From: Balanoglossus misakiensis
Lineage: Eukaryota > Animalia > Hemichordata
DNA: 64,000 nt
Reading direction: 5' to 3'
NCBI GenBank assembly: GCA_040954595.2
Contig: CM082576.2
Location: forward strand, 16,663,028 to 16,727,027
The notes beneath the pieces are model-generated. The model was given only the letters and a program-made list of their open reading frames with translations, made no database searches and was not told the origin of the DNA. Shown piece by piece: positions 46,201 through 61,200 of this stretch; positions within the stretch are counted from its first letter, which is position 1, and every line of letters begins with the position of its first letter. The position numbers and the translations under genes were made by a program.

Positions 46201-49200
46201 TTTTGGGATGTAGAAAGTATCGGCATAACCGATGCTACAAATCATGGCCTTGAAACTACCTATGATAGTTTCACTCAAACACACCTTCGCCAAGAAAACG
46301 GTCGCTATGTTTCTAAACTTCCGTGGCGCCAAGATCACGCCCCGCTCCCAACAAACCGGGATATCTGCGAAAAACGAACGCGCTCTATGGTACGACGATT
46401 GTCACCGGAAACACGACAGGTATACAATAAACTCATCAACGACCAGTTAGCGCGCGGCTTTATTGAACCAGTCTCCAATGATGATGTGAATTCTGGCCAT
46501 TATTTACCACATCATCCCGTGAAGAAAAACTCAGAAACCACGCCGATAAGAATAGTATACGACTGCAGTTGCAAAACCGCAAACAACCCTAGTTTGAACG
46601 ACTGTTTAGATACGGGACCTTCGCTACTCAATGACCTCGCATCGATTCTACTTCGCTTCCGCATGCACAAATTTTGCGTTTCCGCGGACATCGAGAAAGC
46701 GTTTTTACAAGTAGGTCTTCACGAGTCCGACCGCGATTTCACCAAATTCATGTGGCCGTCCGACCCGCGAGATCCAAACAGCCCGTTCACTGTCTACCGC
46801 TTCAAAGTCGTTCTCTTCGGCGCGGCATGTTCGCCTTTCATTCTGAACGCAACCGTTAAGTTCCACTTAGAAAGTGACGGCTCCGAAACAGCCACTGATT
46901 TAAGTAGAAATATCTACGTTGATAATGTTCTGAGTGGCCGTGACTCAGAAACAGAGCTCGTTGATTATCACACCGAAACCGTGAATCTCATGAAATCGAG
47001 CGGCTTCAACCTTCGAGAATGGGCGACCAATTCCGCAGAATTGAAAGAAATTGTCGCGCACGCGAATATAGCTTGCTCCGATAGTATCGCCAACGTTCTC
47101 GGTCTTCGCTGGGATACAGATTCTGATTTACTCGGGTACCCAAATAAGGTCGCGAACCATTCAACAGATAACGACCCACTTGTGACTAAGCGGGAGGTCG
47201 TAAGCGCGACAGCTAGTTTGTACGATCCCCTGGGATTCATTACACCCGTGCATATCAACGCGAAAATTTTCGTTCAGAAATTATGGAAAGAAAAACTTCA
47301 TTGGGATGAACCTCTATCAACTGATCTTCGTAACGAATGGGTTGGAATATATCGCGAATTACAAGCCGCCACCCAAGTTCAAATTCCGCGCCGGATTCTC
47401 AACTCTAACACTGGTGACGACGCGTTTGAATTACACGTATTTTCCGACGCTAGCAAGAAAGCTTACGGCGCTGCAGTTTATTTACGTCACCGAACTTCGG
47501 CCGAAACCGCGCTCGTAATGTCTAAGAGTAAAGTGACTCCCGTCAAATCAATGACAATACCGCGTGCCGAATTGATGGGAGCCTTGTTAGGATCACGACT
47601 CGTGAAATTTGTTCATTCTAGTCTCAGCGAACAAGTCAGGATTGAAAAGTGTATCCTGTGGTCAGATAGTCAGATCGTTCTACATTGGTTACAAGGCAAC
47701 AAAACACTGCCCTGCTTTGTAAACAATAGAGTCGCTGAAATCAAAGCGAATGAAATCTTGAATGATTACAAGTATTGTCCTACAACAGATAATCCGGCTG
47801 ATCTGTTATCACGCGGCATCTCAACTTCACACCTGACCAACAACGCGTTGTGGTGGCACGGTCCACAATGGCTGAAACACGGCGATTGGCCAATCTGTGA
47901 AGTGTTTGATAGTCAGGTATTACACATCGCCGATGAAATTTCTCCGCCTGAGGTTGACAAAGGTACACCTCAACAACCCACCACATATGTTGGTATCGCG
48001 GACATCATCAACGCATCTAATTACAGCACGTTGTCAAGACTACTACGCGTAAGCGCATACGTGTTACGATTCGTTCACAACGTGAAAGTAAAGAAACAAG
48101 ATCGCCACGTCGACACCTTGAGCGCACGCGAAATTAACGCCGCGGAAAAACTATGGGTACACGATGTTCAGAATCGCGCGTACCCGACAGAGATAAGGGC
48201 CCTGACAGCGAAACAAAATTCTGCGGGCCAATTAACTCGCCAACTTCGACTATTTCTCGATGAAGAAGGTTTCATTCGTGTTGGCGGCAGGCTTCATAAT
48301 GCGCCAATAAGTTGTGAAGCGAAATTTCCACTCCTACTACCACGAACGACCTACTTCACAACACTCATGGTAGTGGCCATCCACTCGCGAGCGAAACATT
48401 CTGGATCGCAGACCACGACCACGCTCATTCGCCAAAGGTTTTGGATCCCCCAAATTCGACCTTTCGTTCGTTCATTACTGAAAAAATGTGTTGTCTGTAA
48501 ATTGGTGTGTGGGAAGCCATACAGAAAACCAATCCCTGCACCTTTACAGAGCTGTAGATTACGCGAAGCTCCTCCCTTTACGACCACTGGCGTAGATTTC
48601 ACCGGTGCCGTGTATGTCTCAACCGGTAAGTCCGAACAAAAGGCATACATTTGTTTATTCACTTGCGCTGTGACTCGTGCAATCCACTTAGAGCTAGTGA
48701 CCGACTTGACTGCCGAAACATTCTTACGTGCCTTTAGACGGTTCGCAGCCAGGCGCTCGTTACCACGTAAAATCATGTCGGACAACGGGTCTACGTACTT
48801 ATCTGCGTCGGAAGAGATAGGAAAACTGTTAAGGTCGGATGCCGTACAAAACCACTTTGCGAATTGCCGCGTAGAATGGTGTTTTATACCAAAACGCGCT
48901 CCTTGGTTTGGAGGCTTTTGGGAGAGATTGATCGGCCTCACTAAAACATCTCTCAGAAAGGTTCTAGGTCGACGCTTCGTATCTGTTGATGAACTACAGA
49001 CGGTCCTCACCGAAATCGAGGCTACCCTAAACGATCCCTCACTCATCTTTCTTCAGATTCCAACGATCTACCACCCTTGACCCCTTCGCACTTATTGCAT
49101 GGCCGCCCTATCACTACATTGCCTTACTACACCGTTGATGATAGCGAGCTAAATGACCCAACTTTCGGCAATCATGAGAATCTTCAAAGAAGAGCCGAAT

Positions 49201-52200
49201 ATCTAGCCAAAATTCACTGTCACTTCTGGAGGAGATGGTCCCAAGAGTATTTGAATGCATTACGTGAACAGGACAAAATCTCTGGGAAAGGGGTCCTACA
49301 AAATCAAATTCGGGTGGGTGATGTCGTTCTGGTCGAAAATAAATCTCTGCCACGAATAAAATGGTCACTTGCCCTAGTAGAGAGGCTTGAGATAGGTAAC
49401 GATGGTTTAGCACGTTCTGCTTGCATAAGAACGCGAACTGGCAAGACTAACAGACCTATTACAAAACTGTACCCTTTAGAGATCAATCTTGAGTCAGAGG
49501 ACAATCTAAACCACGTAGACATTGGAAATACACGTACTGAGTACAACAATGTGGACACCACACGACCAGTACGTGTAGCGGGTATAAGAGCCCGACAACG
49601 CTTGAGAGAACTCTCTTCTGTTCTCTATTAATGATTGACATTTCAGTGTATGGACATTCCATGTAGCAATTTTTGTGCATTCAATTTTTTGTTGAAATTT
49701 CATTGTATTGAGAGCTTTTCATTTATTTGCGAGCTTTGTTTCACCTGTTGCCTAGGTTAATTAGTTTCTTGACGTGTTTTCTAATTTCGAGATTTATCAC
49801 CTGTTATAACAGGTTATTCCTTAGTTTATTGAAGTTTGAGATTAACGAAGAGTATTACATATCGTTTTTGCAAGTGCATAAATGTCTTGTTTATGAGATT
49901 AAGAAGTTTTCGCACTTCCTTTTTGATGTTTATTCATAGTTTATCTGTAATTTCTTGCGGGCCGGAGGATGTCGGAGACCACACACGGCATATTATAGAC
50001 TCCGCCCACAATTTGTCTATCAGACATGTAATTCCTTTATCAGACATGTAATTCCTTCAGACATGTTATTTCTTTATTTGCTGCCTGTGTGACGCCGGTC
50101 ACCAAACCTATTGTACCAGGTGTGAATGCCAAAGTTCACCACACTGTATATAAACCGCAGAGTTTGTGATAATAAATTAGACTTGAATTTGGTATTGAAA
50201 CTCACGCATCTAGTCTCACTTCCCGGCCATTCGTCCCTCTCCACTCCCTGAACCCTTCCCAAAGTGTACGCCGTACAACTATACAGACAATCTCACAGTG
50301 GGACTGTGAACATTTGAAAAAGGTGACTTTGTTGCAAAATAAATAAAGTGATGCGGCACTCAATTTAGTTTTTTCTCATCTTTTCTTATCATGGGAGATG
50401 TTGATTTTATCACTTAGGCACAAAGAAACTCAAAACGAATTTTGAATTTGGCTGTAAGACACAAACCTTCAATCTTGCTTCTCCCTTCTTGAAATCTTTG
50501 ACAGTCTGGTTAGCTGGCAGTGTTTCTGCATTGTATTCACAATACAGATCCACTAATTTGACACAACCTTCAATTCTACAGAGAGAAAATAACAACAGTT
50601 CAATCAGGCATTTCCCGATGTTACCTCTGGTCTGTGATATAAGGGGGGGGGGGGAAAGGGAGGGGAGGGTGAGACTTTCAATGTCGATTTCTGCTCACCA
50701 GACAAGTTAGTAGTTTCACAACACATCAATATGATACAACATTATTATATCAGTTGTACTAAAAACACATCCTATCTACATAAATGTTTGGGCTTAGGGA
50801 GGATTTTTTTTTTCACATCACACGCTTCCAATGCTCACCAATTCTTAAAGAGGCTAATTATTAAAAACTTACCGATTATCTTCTAACAAACTAAGTAGAA
50901 GGCTATCAATGTTCTTGGTCTTTGCTAAGTAATGATACAGTTTTTCACAATGGGAGGTTGACATCAACAGAGTGTATTTCTCTGTGCTGACGATGTTATC
51001 AAAGACTGCATCTACAATCTGAGAAAAATACATAAAAACGAATAAGTGAAAAAGATATCTCAGTTTGCCACAACACAAACTACCTTGCCAAGAGGTTTGC
51101 CACTAGTTTAGAGACTGACTCTCAGATTGTTGTATAAGTTTCAGCAAATAAATTTGTTCCCCCTCTAGATCAACCCCTTCACCACCTTAAGTTATAAAAA
51201 GTTATTCCTATCAACCATCACCAGGTCACAATTTCCTCAGCCCATTATACTATAACATACAGTAAAGTCCTTTCATCCATTGTAGGTCATTGGGGCGTAT
51301 GTTAAACTATAAATGATGCACAACAGAGCAGAAGGAGATAAAATGCTAAGAACACACTCATCATGAATAAGCTAACAGGTAATTGTGTATACAGGCCAAT
51401 TAGTGATATCTTGAAAGCAGTGGGAAGACAAAAACATGCAAATGAGGATGTGGCTGCCATTGTTTGGCTATTCAGTATTCTACTCACTTGGTCAATCTGA
51501 GGTAGGGACAGTCTTATTGTTGACAATTTCTCTATTTCATCCAGAATGACAGCATGGCAACCAGAGCTTAGCAGTGCCTGTTAGTGAAGGAAACAGGAGA
51601 TGCCATGAATGACATGCTTCCTTCAGATGACATATGGTGAACAACAAAAGCAATATATTAAAGCTGCAGGTAGCGTTGATTGGGAACAAACAGTTGTGTA
51701 CAGGGCATGCAGAACAGATTCACTTTCAGCCCTTTGGGGTTCAAGTCAAGACCATTTGGCATTTGTAAACAACACTTTTGCAATTAAAGCTGAAAAACTT
51801 TGAGCCTTCAGTAGCAAGCAACATTCACCGAACTTGAAAAGGAAGCCGAGAATTAGATGTGCCAAAATACATTCAAAACAAATGCTAGTCACAGGGCTAC
51901 CCATGTCCGAAAGTGCCATCACCCTGGCATGTTTATGCATATTTAGTAAAATCCCATTTAAGTGAGTTAACTGGTGCATGGGTATACACAAACAAATTTT
52001 CAACCTCTTATTGATAATTTAAAATTATATATACTGTAAAACACTTTATTTTCGCGAGCTGAAATTTTCGCGATATCAAGAGAGGCCAATGTTTCGCGAG
52101 TATTAATTTTCGTGTTCTCTTCATTCACTGTATCGTTATCTTCAAAAAAAAATTATGCGACTTTTTATTTTCACACTATTTTGGCTCTCGTGTTATTTCC

Positions 52201-55200
52201 CGAAAATGTATTGCTCACGAAAATAACCTGTTTTACAGTATGAACAAGTTAAATAATAAACGGGTGCCACACTCTTAATTCAACTGCCCACTGAAAGAGT
52301 ACACATGGTATTTAAATCCCCACAAAGTCAAAACATGTCCATAAGAGACTGCAATTTGGGCTTTAATTGATCTGTACCTTTGTTTGTTGTGTCTTCTTGT
52401 CAGCATTACTGACCAACAGCAAACAAGCAAAAGCATGGCATGTCATCTGCAACTGTTGGAACTGTTTGGAGAATCCAATCATATCCATGTTGAATATAAC
52501 AGGACAGCTGCAACAAATGTAATCAATTTGAGATCTAATCAGTTTAAGTATGGCAGGCACTATCTAATTTTAAGGGAAAATAATTGCAATCACACCCATT
52601 CATGTCAACTGAAGCCATTCTTATTACTAATTACTATAACATTGACCTTTGACCTTTCTGTGAAATCAAGAATACATGGAATACATAAAGTCTCTTGGTG
52701 AAGAAAATAAAGACTACTAATAACTTCAAAAATGCTATAAAATTTCACCTTTTGCAACACTGTATAAAGTAAATTTTGTTAGAGACATCTAGACAAATGC
52801 CTACTTCAATAACACTCTGTTTCCTAAGAAATGGGACAATTTTTGCAGTATTTCTAAATGGTAGCCGCCTTTCTGTTTTGTTATCTTTTTCTTTTCTCTG
52901 TTTGTTCTGTACATTTAATAAAAAAATGTTTACAAAAAACACTCTTTTTTCTCATGCAAATAAACAAACAGTGTCCCTCAACTTGAGATCGAAAAGTCAT
53001 ATAGAATGTGTATACAAGGCAGAGAACAAAGTGAACAAACTGACAAGTCTGTTAAAATTAGTAGAATTTTCCCCTATGGTTAAAAAAACTGCGTACCGCT
53101 AACTTCACTTTTCTATCCAACAAAATATTCAAATTTCATTATTTTTATTTGATTGCATCATAATGCTAGGAGAACACTCCATTAATGTGCAACTCATGTT
53201 TTAAAGTAATCAACCATTCACTTTGAGAAATATACTGGTGATGAGAATATACCCTCCCATACCAGCGCAAACCCCGCTGCAGTCGCCACGACCTACTAGG
53301 ATTTTCAGTTGCTGCCATGACCAATCTATGCTACGGTTGGCTGCTTTGTTCATTCTAAGAATTATCTAATTTCGGGATTTTGTGGATGAATTGTAATGTT
53401 TATAAACAAACACGACGAGATGACCCCTTCATTTTAATCAAAAAGAAACCCCAATACAAAATTTACATTTTTGCCATAATTTTCATATTTCATAATAAGG
53501 ATTTTCCCAGGATGATATAAAGCAAATTGCAAAGCAATTGGACACACATTATCAGAGAAATGGATTTGATGATCCAAAATGGCAAAAATAACCCCTCAAT
53601 ATTGACATTTTCATCATGAATTTTGCAAATAATTGGAGAAGTGTTTTATGAGAAATAGACTTTTTGATCAAGTCAAGGTAAACTCACCGAAGAAGCAACA
53701 GGAAGAGCTCATGGCACATTTTCAGCTGTTTATCACTCAGTGGAGCAGTCACTATTGGAAATGGACAAAATAGTGTACAAAATTACAGTCATTATTGGTA
53801 ATGGAAAAAGGAGTACATACAATTTCATGAAAATAATTTGAAGGAAAAAAATGGACAAAACGTTGAATGATTACAGTCATTATAGGTAATGGACAAAATA
53901 GAACATACAATTTCATGAAAATAATTTGAAAAAATAGACAAAACGGTGTACGATTACATGAAAAAAAATCGCGTCAAGGACACAGTGGTCCCATTTAGAG
54001 ATTACACAGAAAAAAGTCTACACCGGAGTACATATACAGACAGACACACACATATAGAGGGATCAACATACACACACTGACTGACCCATAAGCTGCAAAT
54101 GTCATAAAATGTTTTGTGGTATAAGACAAAATATCCTACAAAATATAGAAGTTCCAAATGACCTATGATATGATTCCATAATAATTCTAAAGAAGCCAAT
54201 CCCATTAACTGACAACTCAAATTTTAAAGTAATCAGCCATACAGTGTACACTTTCTGAGAAATATAATGTTTTATCAAAACATTGACACTTTAATCATAG
54301 GTTTTGTAAATCATCGTGAGAACACACCCAGGAACCTTCAAATCACATTTCAAAGCAATGAGGTAGACGGTTCTGCGAAAGAGTTTTGACAAAAAATGGC
54401 AAAAATCACCCCAAAAATATACTATTGAATTCTTCACGTTGATTTGAAAAACATACATGCAAATCTTACTTGGGGTACCCCTAGGAACATGCCTACCAAA
54501 TTTCAATGCAATCTGACAATCGGTTTTAGAGAAAAAAAATTGATCAAAAAAGGCAAACATTATAAATATGCAAATTTTGCAACAATTAAAACAAAACTTT
54601 GGTAACTCAGATCACATATATGAGGCTTCATACTAAATGTCAAAGAAGTCGGTTGATCAGTTACAGAAAAGTAGATTTTTTACCAAAAATGTGACAAAAA
54701 ATAAAAAAATAGAAAATTCACACTATTAGCTCAAAACATACAGAACTGTGTGCATACCAATTTTCAAATCAATATGACCAGGGGTTGTTGAGTTTCTGAA
54801 TTTAGGTTTTTCCGAGCTAATTTGCATATTTTTGGCAATGACAACTTTGTTTGAACAAACTCCCATCTACTGCCCAACATGCATCGACACACCAAATATC
54901 GAGATTTCACGCGCAGCGGTTTTCAAGTTTTTGATGTGGATGGACATACAGACAGACGCAACTGATTCCATAAGGTCCCACTGGTATAAATGGGACCTAA
55001 AATGTGGAAAGAAAATGGACAAAATGGTGTACAATTACAGTCATTATTGTCAATGGACAAAATAGTGTCAACATTTTTTTCAAATAATTTTTTTTTATTA
55101 TGACACTGAATTGAACTCAGTGCTACTAAATTATGGCGTATTTGTCTTATCACTGCCAACAATTTTCTCCATAAATGCCCAACTGCCGCTAATGTCAACA

Positions 55201-58200
55201 TACAACATTATTTCCTAAAAAATACGGCAATCCTACATTAGATGAATTATAATCTAAGTTCATGAGTGCATGTAGTATACCTGAAGTGAGTGAGTTGAGA
55301 AGTACAGTTTTCCATGCTTGAACTAAGCATGGAATTTGCCATAGATCTTGGATTGTGGAGACCTCAACAATGACATACTGAAGATCAGGCATCTGAAATG
55401 TAAACAGGGGAGAAGACCAGGTGAACTTCATGTTAATATATTTTCTTCAACCTCTTGCATTCATTATGCAGTCCATTATGCACAGGCTCAGTGAATGGAG
55501 GATTGGACTCGCATATGGCTCCTCATCACTGAGCCCTAACAGTAGAGACCGATTATTCATTTTGACGAGTTTTTTTCACTCTCAAGTCTACAAATGGGAT
55601 GGAAGGTGTGTGTGGTCGAACGTTGATTCACTACATATCCACATGTAGAATAACATGAACTGTGTCTTGTATCAAACATAATTAATGGGAACAAGGCAGC
55701 GAGAGAGAGACTTTGTCCCTAAAGGATGTACGATTGGTAAAATTGAAAGTACATTGTATTGTCATTTCTTTGTATTGCTGATGTTTGGATTTTCCTGAGT
55801 AAGTATAATAAAAATCTGCAAAAAGAAATTCCATGTGCTTGTAGTGGCACTCATCAATATATCTAAGTCAACCAGGCACTTAATATTACATCAGCAGTAG
55901 TGTAACGAAATCACAGTCAGGATGAAGTCATGAAGATAAAGACAAAGAATATAAAGTAAAATGACCAAGTACTCACCATATTCAAAATCATGAACTGCTG
56001 CAATATACCATTCCACAGTTGTGTATCATTGATTTCATACTGCAGACACAGGTCACTCATCAAGCTCAAAGCCTAGGTAAACAACAACAAAATACTGTAA
56101 AACACTTTGTTTTCGCGAGCAATAAATTTTCGCGAAATATGCGAGAGCCAAAATAGCATGAAAATAAAAAGTCGCGTAATTTTTTTTTTAAGATACCGAT
56201 GCAGTGAATGAAATAAGAGAACGCGAAAATTAATACTCGCGAAACAGTGGCCTCTCTCGATACGCGAAAATTTCAACTCGCGAAAATAAAATGTTTTACA
56301 CTAGCTCTTTGGTGGTTATATTGGATATCATGAAATTATTTCACTTACATGTGTACCACCTTGGCACAACTTGATCTATATACACCAAATTCTAATGAAA
56401 TTGGTCTATACATGTCTGAGTAATGACTGCAGACAGACAAACTGACGGACTGACACACATGGCATGGACAAACGCATGAGTAGGCTCCAATTTGTACATC
56501 CTTGGGCTTTGTCTGTCGGGACTACAACCTGGAATGAATCTAAATACCTTTGGTTCATGGCTGTGATTTCTCCAAAGTCTTCTTATAAGTTCAAATTTAT
56601 TGCAATCTGTGAATTCCTTGATGCTCATAGTGATGTTGAGAGGTTCTAGTTTAGCCAGGTATATATAAGTCTTCATGCAGTCTCTATAAAAAAACAGATG
56701 GAAAATACTGTAATTTTCTTCGCGGGTTCATCCAATCCAATGACAATTTTGTCAGTAAATGCTTCAAAACACAACTTATGCAACTTTCACAACAATCTGA
56801 ACAAACGTAAGATCACCGCAAGGTACCTCCATACCACACATCAGTGCAACAGAACCAGCAGTTTCAGAAATGATGACTTTTTGACCGAAATGGGCAAAAA
56901 ATACTCTCAAAATACACATTGTTCCATGATTTGAACAACACTATAACTACAGTCACTCTAGGAACTGCCATAACAAATTAAAAAGCAATCAGACACGCAG
57001 TTATGCAAAAGATGATTTTTTGACCAATTGTTTATTAGATGCTGGATGGTCAGCATTGCCGACAGCAAAGATAAAACAGTTCGCATTAAGCAAGCCCAGT
57101 CACAGGACCGTATTTGCTGATACATATAGTATGCATGTTTAAAGTGTAACACATCTGTAAAATGGCCAACCCTGCATGCACATGCATACCTGGCTGCTCT
57201 ACTATGGTGATCAAAATTTTGTGTTTATCCACTTGTCAGACAGATTTTTTACTATTGTTCGAATATCTTGTTAATGAATGTCAACCTTTGTTATTTTAGG
57301 GAAATCCATTTTGTTTTGCAGGGTTAAAGGTATATAGTCACCTCCAATTTACATATGCCCATATTGTGCCCATATATGGCTGAAATGGCGTATTTGAGCG
57401 TTCTAAAGAACATATGGTGGCGCTCTTTTTTCCGCATGTGCCACCCACTGAAAATCTGTGATTGGCTAGATCTCATTTTGCTACGGTAACTACTGCTAAT
57501 TTTCCATAGGTGACTGTATACCTTTAAACTCGAGTATATACAGCATAATGTTTTGACTAGGAGAGTGCACATGATTGGTAGAAATAGGACACCAATAAGG
57601 TCAAGTACCGGTAATCAATATCATTTGAGGTACATAAACTACCAAGAAGAAAAAAAATAGTGCCCATAAGACTGCGCCGAATCTGATCGACTGTACTTGA
57701 GAAATCACACCAACATGGAGACAGACACAGACAAGCATACAACATCAGATCCCTCGTGTGAAGCTGTTCTGTTGTAGAAAATAGAAAATCAAATACCTGA
57801 TTGCAGACACAGGTTGTGATGTCATCTGCTCTATCTCCTCCTCATTCATCAAAGCAAACAAACAACGGATTGCTCTAATACGAGAAGTGAGAGTCGCACC
57901 AGAAGACTGAAAGAAAAAAAGGCAGAAAATTTGCAGTGATATCAATCATGGTACCTTAAAATAAACACCATTGATATTCTACATTAAAGGTATACAGTCA
58001 CCTCCAATTTACATACGCCCATATATGGCTGAAATGGCGTATTTGAGGGTTCTAAAGAACATATGGTGGTGCTTTTTTTTTCGCTTGTGCCACCCATTGA
58101 AAGTCTGTGATTGGCTAGATCTCAAGTTTACCATGGTAACTATAGCTTAATTTCCATAGGTGACCATATACCTTTTTTTTGTGTGCATTATTTTACTTTC

Positions 58201-61200
58201 ACGTTTAGAACGGTCTGTTTAAATGAGCATACCAATAGGTATATGCAAACATTTTGGCATCCTGTGTTTGTGGCTGTACATTCAAGTTAAATAATAAATG
58301 GTTCCTGCACCCATTTATCCAGCCACCCTGGATCAGAATTCTGTTCAAAACACCAGCATACAAACTTTACAAGTTCAGCCTAATAGCTACCCCCTAAAGA
58401 GTGTTGCACTAATGAAGTAATTTGACTTCTTTCTGTTCTAAGAATGAGCCATTCCTGTATGGAGGAGAATGTGAGTGCCAGCAAGGCAAAACAGCACGTG
58501 GAATCATTGCACGTGCTGGACAGAGACATGTTTCTAAATATTATTATTATTATTAATTTTTTTGTTAAATGCACTACACATACGTCTCAGCGCATTGTAA
58601 AAAGTGAATTAAAAAGTACATAGCTGGATACAATAATTGGACCAAAAAAACAAACTACAATCACAACAAACACATTACACATAAGTCTGACCAAAATGGT
58701 AGGTTTCCAAATAAGGCTGAAAAACTATTAACACATCCAGATGGCGGTTGTGATCTCCAAGGCAAATTATTGCATAAAAAGGGGTGAACATACTGAAAAT
58801 GTCCATATGTTTGTTTAATGTTGCCATGAGGTTGCAAAGAATCCAACCAACCAACAATAAAAGGCGGCTCTTTTCAGAGATACATGAAGTATTCTGAAAA
58901 AAGAGCCTTATTCGTGTTGAGAGCTTCACCTTAGCTGCTGAGATAATAAGAAATTTGTGGCTCTTACCTCAGAAATGGATTTCAGCAGAAATTCAGCATT
59001 CTGTTTTACTTCACCATGTTGTAAAAGGTACACAAGCCTGTGTGTAAAGAAATGAATATTCAAGGTTACGTATTGTCAGGGGGGGGGGGGGGGGGTAACA
59101 CCAAATGCATAAGGCAAATTTGTGCAATGTATTTCCCAAAAGGGAAGGCTTTCCCTCGCACATCTCCATTTTGACAACTGCCAACTTTCATCTTAGCTAC
59201 ACCACTTATGAGGTGCAAAGGGATGAAAGCCTGGAAAGGGAAAAGTGTGACTGAACTTCTGATTCACATGTTGAAATAAGTTTTGAGGAAAAATAATCAA
59301 ATGAGTGGCAGATAAGCCCCTGTCCACATAAAGGTGCAAAACAACTTAATCAATTTGGACCGAATTCTGAAGACAGTCACACAATTTTTTTTTTTTAATA
59401 TTCTATATACCTTCTCAGACAAAGTTCTTCACCAGTCATTTCTCTTGATTCAAGCTGAAAAACATGATAACATAACATTTTCATGTTGGAGAAAATATCT
59501 TAATGTTATGTAAACATTGGCGTGATCATGACCGGACGTGCTTTGATCCTTACAAGTACGCCCTCAAGATGTTCACATTGTAAGAACTCCTGAGCTAAGA
59601 AAACAGTTGTGACCAGCAATACTTTCTCAGCCAAATGACACTCACTCATGTCAAGTTTGGTACGTTTGCATGATTTTGTTAAAAATCACTACCAGTACTT
59701 GAAAAGACTGGATTTCAATTTCTAAAGAATGGAGATAATCTTGAATTTTTAACACATGAATAATAATCAAGTGAGACCTAACTACTGGACTAAATTTAAT
59801 TGTGCGTAACTTACATCATCTGTGTTGTCAATTTGTGAATGCAACCATTTATCAAACAATGTGTGTCGTATCTTCTGCACATTACATTCTGCAACAGCGG
59901 CTATTTTGTCGGCTGCAGTGTGAATATCTACGATATACAAATAAATGAAATACAATGTTATCAGATAAATGTAATTTATAATGCCAGAGAAATAAAAAGT
60001 TGCTCACATTTTTTTCACCAAAGCTACAGAAGAGTGAATGAATTGTTTTATTATTTTACCAATAAAATTTACCAATAAAATTTCCTAGTTACACTGTTAC
60101 TGATGACATGACTTGTTTTTATGGACTGTTCACAATTATGAAAATGGCAATGCATGCAAATATATAAAAACAATTCGGACTGAGAAAAGTGTACGAGCTT
60201 TTTGTTAAAATGTCATTAATATGAGCAAGTTTGTGTGTGATAATGCAAAAATACACTACCATTATAATACCTTTACGTTTTTTATTTGACCAACCCTTTT
60301 TGCCAAGATAGTGAAAATTGCTCTAACTTGTGAACTTTGGACTTGTGTGAGTGGTATGTGAGTGGAGCAATTTATTGCTTGCCTTAACCCTTTCACCATG
60401 ATGGTTTGGTCCAAATCCATTGTTTTCTATGGTACAGTTGGACCTCAACAGAAGGAACTGGGGGTGAAAGGGTTACAATGTATATCGGAAGCCCTGAAAT
60501 ACTCCTTAAGTCATACCTGGAAATTCCACAGCACAGTTACTTTCCCTCTCCTCAATACTCTTGTGTTCATACAACGTGAAAATCAGTCGAGCAGGATTAT
60601 TGACCAGCATCAAGTTGGCAGGCTCTGCTAAGTTGTATTTGTGAAGTACTTGCTCTGTGGCCACTCTCTTATACTTTTCTGTCAGCTTGTTATAAGCATG
60701 TGTTGCTGTTTCATGAGTCTTCGGCTGTGGGGAAATATTACCCTATGTTTATTTTGTTATTTGTTACACATCAGGCAACTAATGTTGGAAGGAGGAATTT
60801 ATCCTCATTTTCCCCTGATTTAGGCAAAAGGAAATAACATCAATGTTTCCCAAAATGTTATATGTCTGCTAAAACAAGTAGATATTTGCCATGGCAGACA
60901 CCACAATCTGGTAATCTGCATACAAAATGATATGTTCTGCTGTCATCCCAAGCCCAACAAAAAAGATACAATTTCAATATTCGCCATGAGGAATGAAAGT
61001 ATGGTGGCTGATGTTTTAGCCCATGTCAGTGATATCTGTGATTGATAAAAAAATAAATTGATTGTACGGTACTCACATCACTCTGTGTTGTATCTTTCCA
61101 TCGCAGAGCCAACATGGTACACAATTTCAAAATCAAAACCTGATATGGACCTGTCATATACAAAGCACAGCAATTGCAGATTGCCATAAAACAAAAGCAA

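Noticed and set aside
48351-49046. 231-aa antisense ORF in the BEL element, and similar shadow ORFs opposite the GPCR, LINE and Gypsy genes
   Set aside because: These are antisense shadows of real coding frames with no independent motifs.
49632-49969. env-like ORF in the BEL element
   Set aside because: Only ~340 bp of T-rich UTR with short ATG-less ORFs.
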